64,000 nt of DNA from Squalus acanthias. Taxonomy: Eukaryota. Location of the stretch: NCBI GenBank assembly GCA_030390025.1, contig CM059425.1, forward strand, positions 174,160,001-174,224,000. The letters run 5' to 3'. A model generated the notes under the pieces. It was not told the DNA's origin and searched no databases. It saw only the letters and a list, made by a program, of their open reading frames with translations. Made by a program: the position numbers and the translations under genes. Shown here in pieces: positions 63,583-64,000 of the stretch (positions are counted from its first letter, which is position 1; each line of letters starts with the position of its first letter).

Positions 63583-64000
63583 TACATAGAATGTACAGCA
63601 CAGAAACAGGCCATTCGGCCCAACTGGTCTATGCCAGCATTTATGCTCCACACAAGCCTCCTCCCACCCCTCTTCATCTAACCCTATCAATATGTCCTTC
63701 TATTCCCTTCTCCCTCATAAGCTTATCTAGCCTCCCCTTAAATGCATCTATGCTATTTGCCTCAACTACTCCATGTGGTAGAGAGTTCCACATTCTTACC
63801 GCTCTCTGGGTAAAGAAGTTTCTCCTGAATTTTTTTAAATTCATTCATGGGATGTGGTCGTCACTGGCAATGCCAGCATTTATTGCCCATCCCTCGTTGC
63901 CCTTAAGGTGGTGGTGGTGAGCTGCCTTCTTGAACCGCTGCAGTTCGTGAGGTGAAGGTACTCCAACAGTGCTGTTAGGGAGGGAGTTCCAGGATTTTGA
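63583..64000. mobile_element. CR1 3' fragment (63583-63830, minus) followed by the LINE-tail-like repeat (63845-64000)
   Basis: FFTQRAVRMWNSLP on the minus strand. The second part matches 44222-44370. Confidence 0.75.

Overview
Vertebrate genomic DNA, most likely a cartilaginous fish (inferred from the repeat families), dominated by nested transposable elements. It holds several CR1/L2 LINE fragments, tRNA-derived SINEs and a dense set of PIF/Harbinger DNA transposons. One Harbinger is full length (39202-43402) with TIRs, a TSD, an uninterrupted DDE transposase and a spliced Myb/SANT gene carrying two lesions. Two or three others are decayed autonomous copies, and there are at least ten non-autonomous derivatives or MITEs. 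A 5'-truncated Penelope-like retroelement (RT + GIY-YIG) is flanked by a 14-bp TSD and ends in two tandem minimal type-I hammerhead ribozymes with palindromic stem III, the layout used for dimeric cleavage. The right third appears to contain the 3' end of an unidentified minus-strand host gene: a 3' UTR/terminal exon and candidate 82-nt and 23-nt exons. No prokaryotic-type systems (CRISPR, operons) are present.
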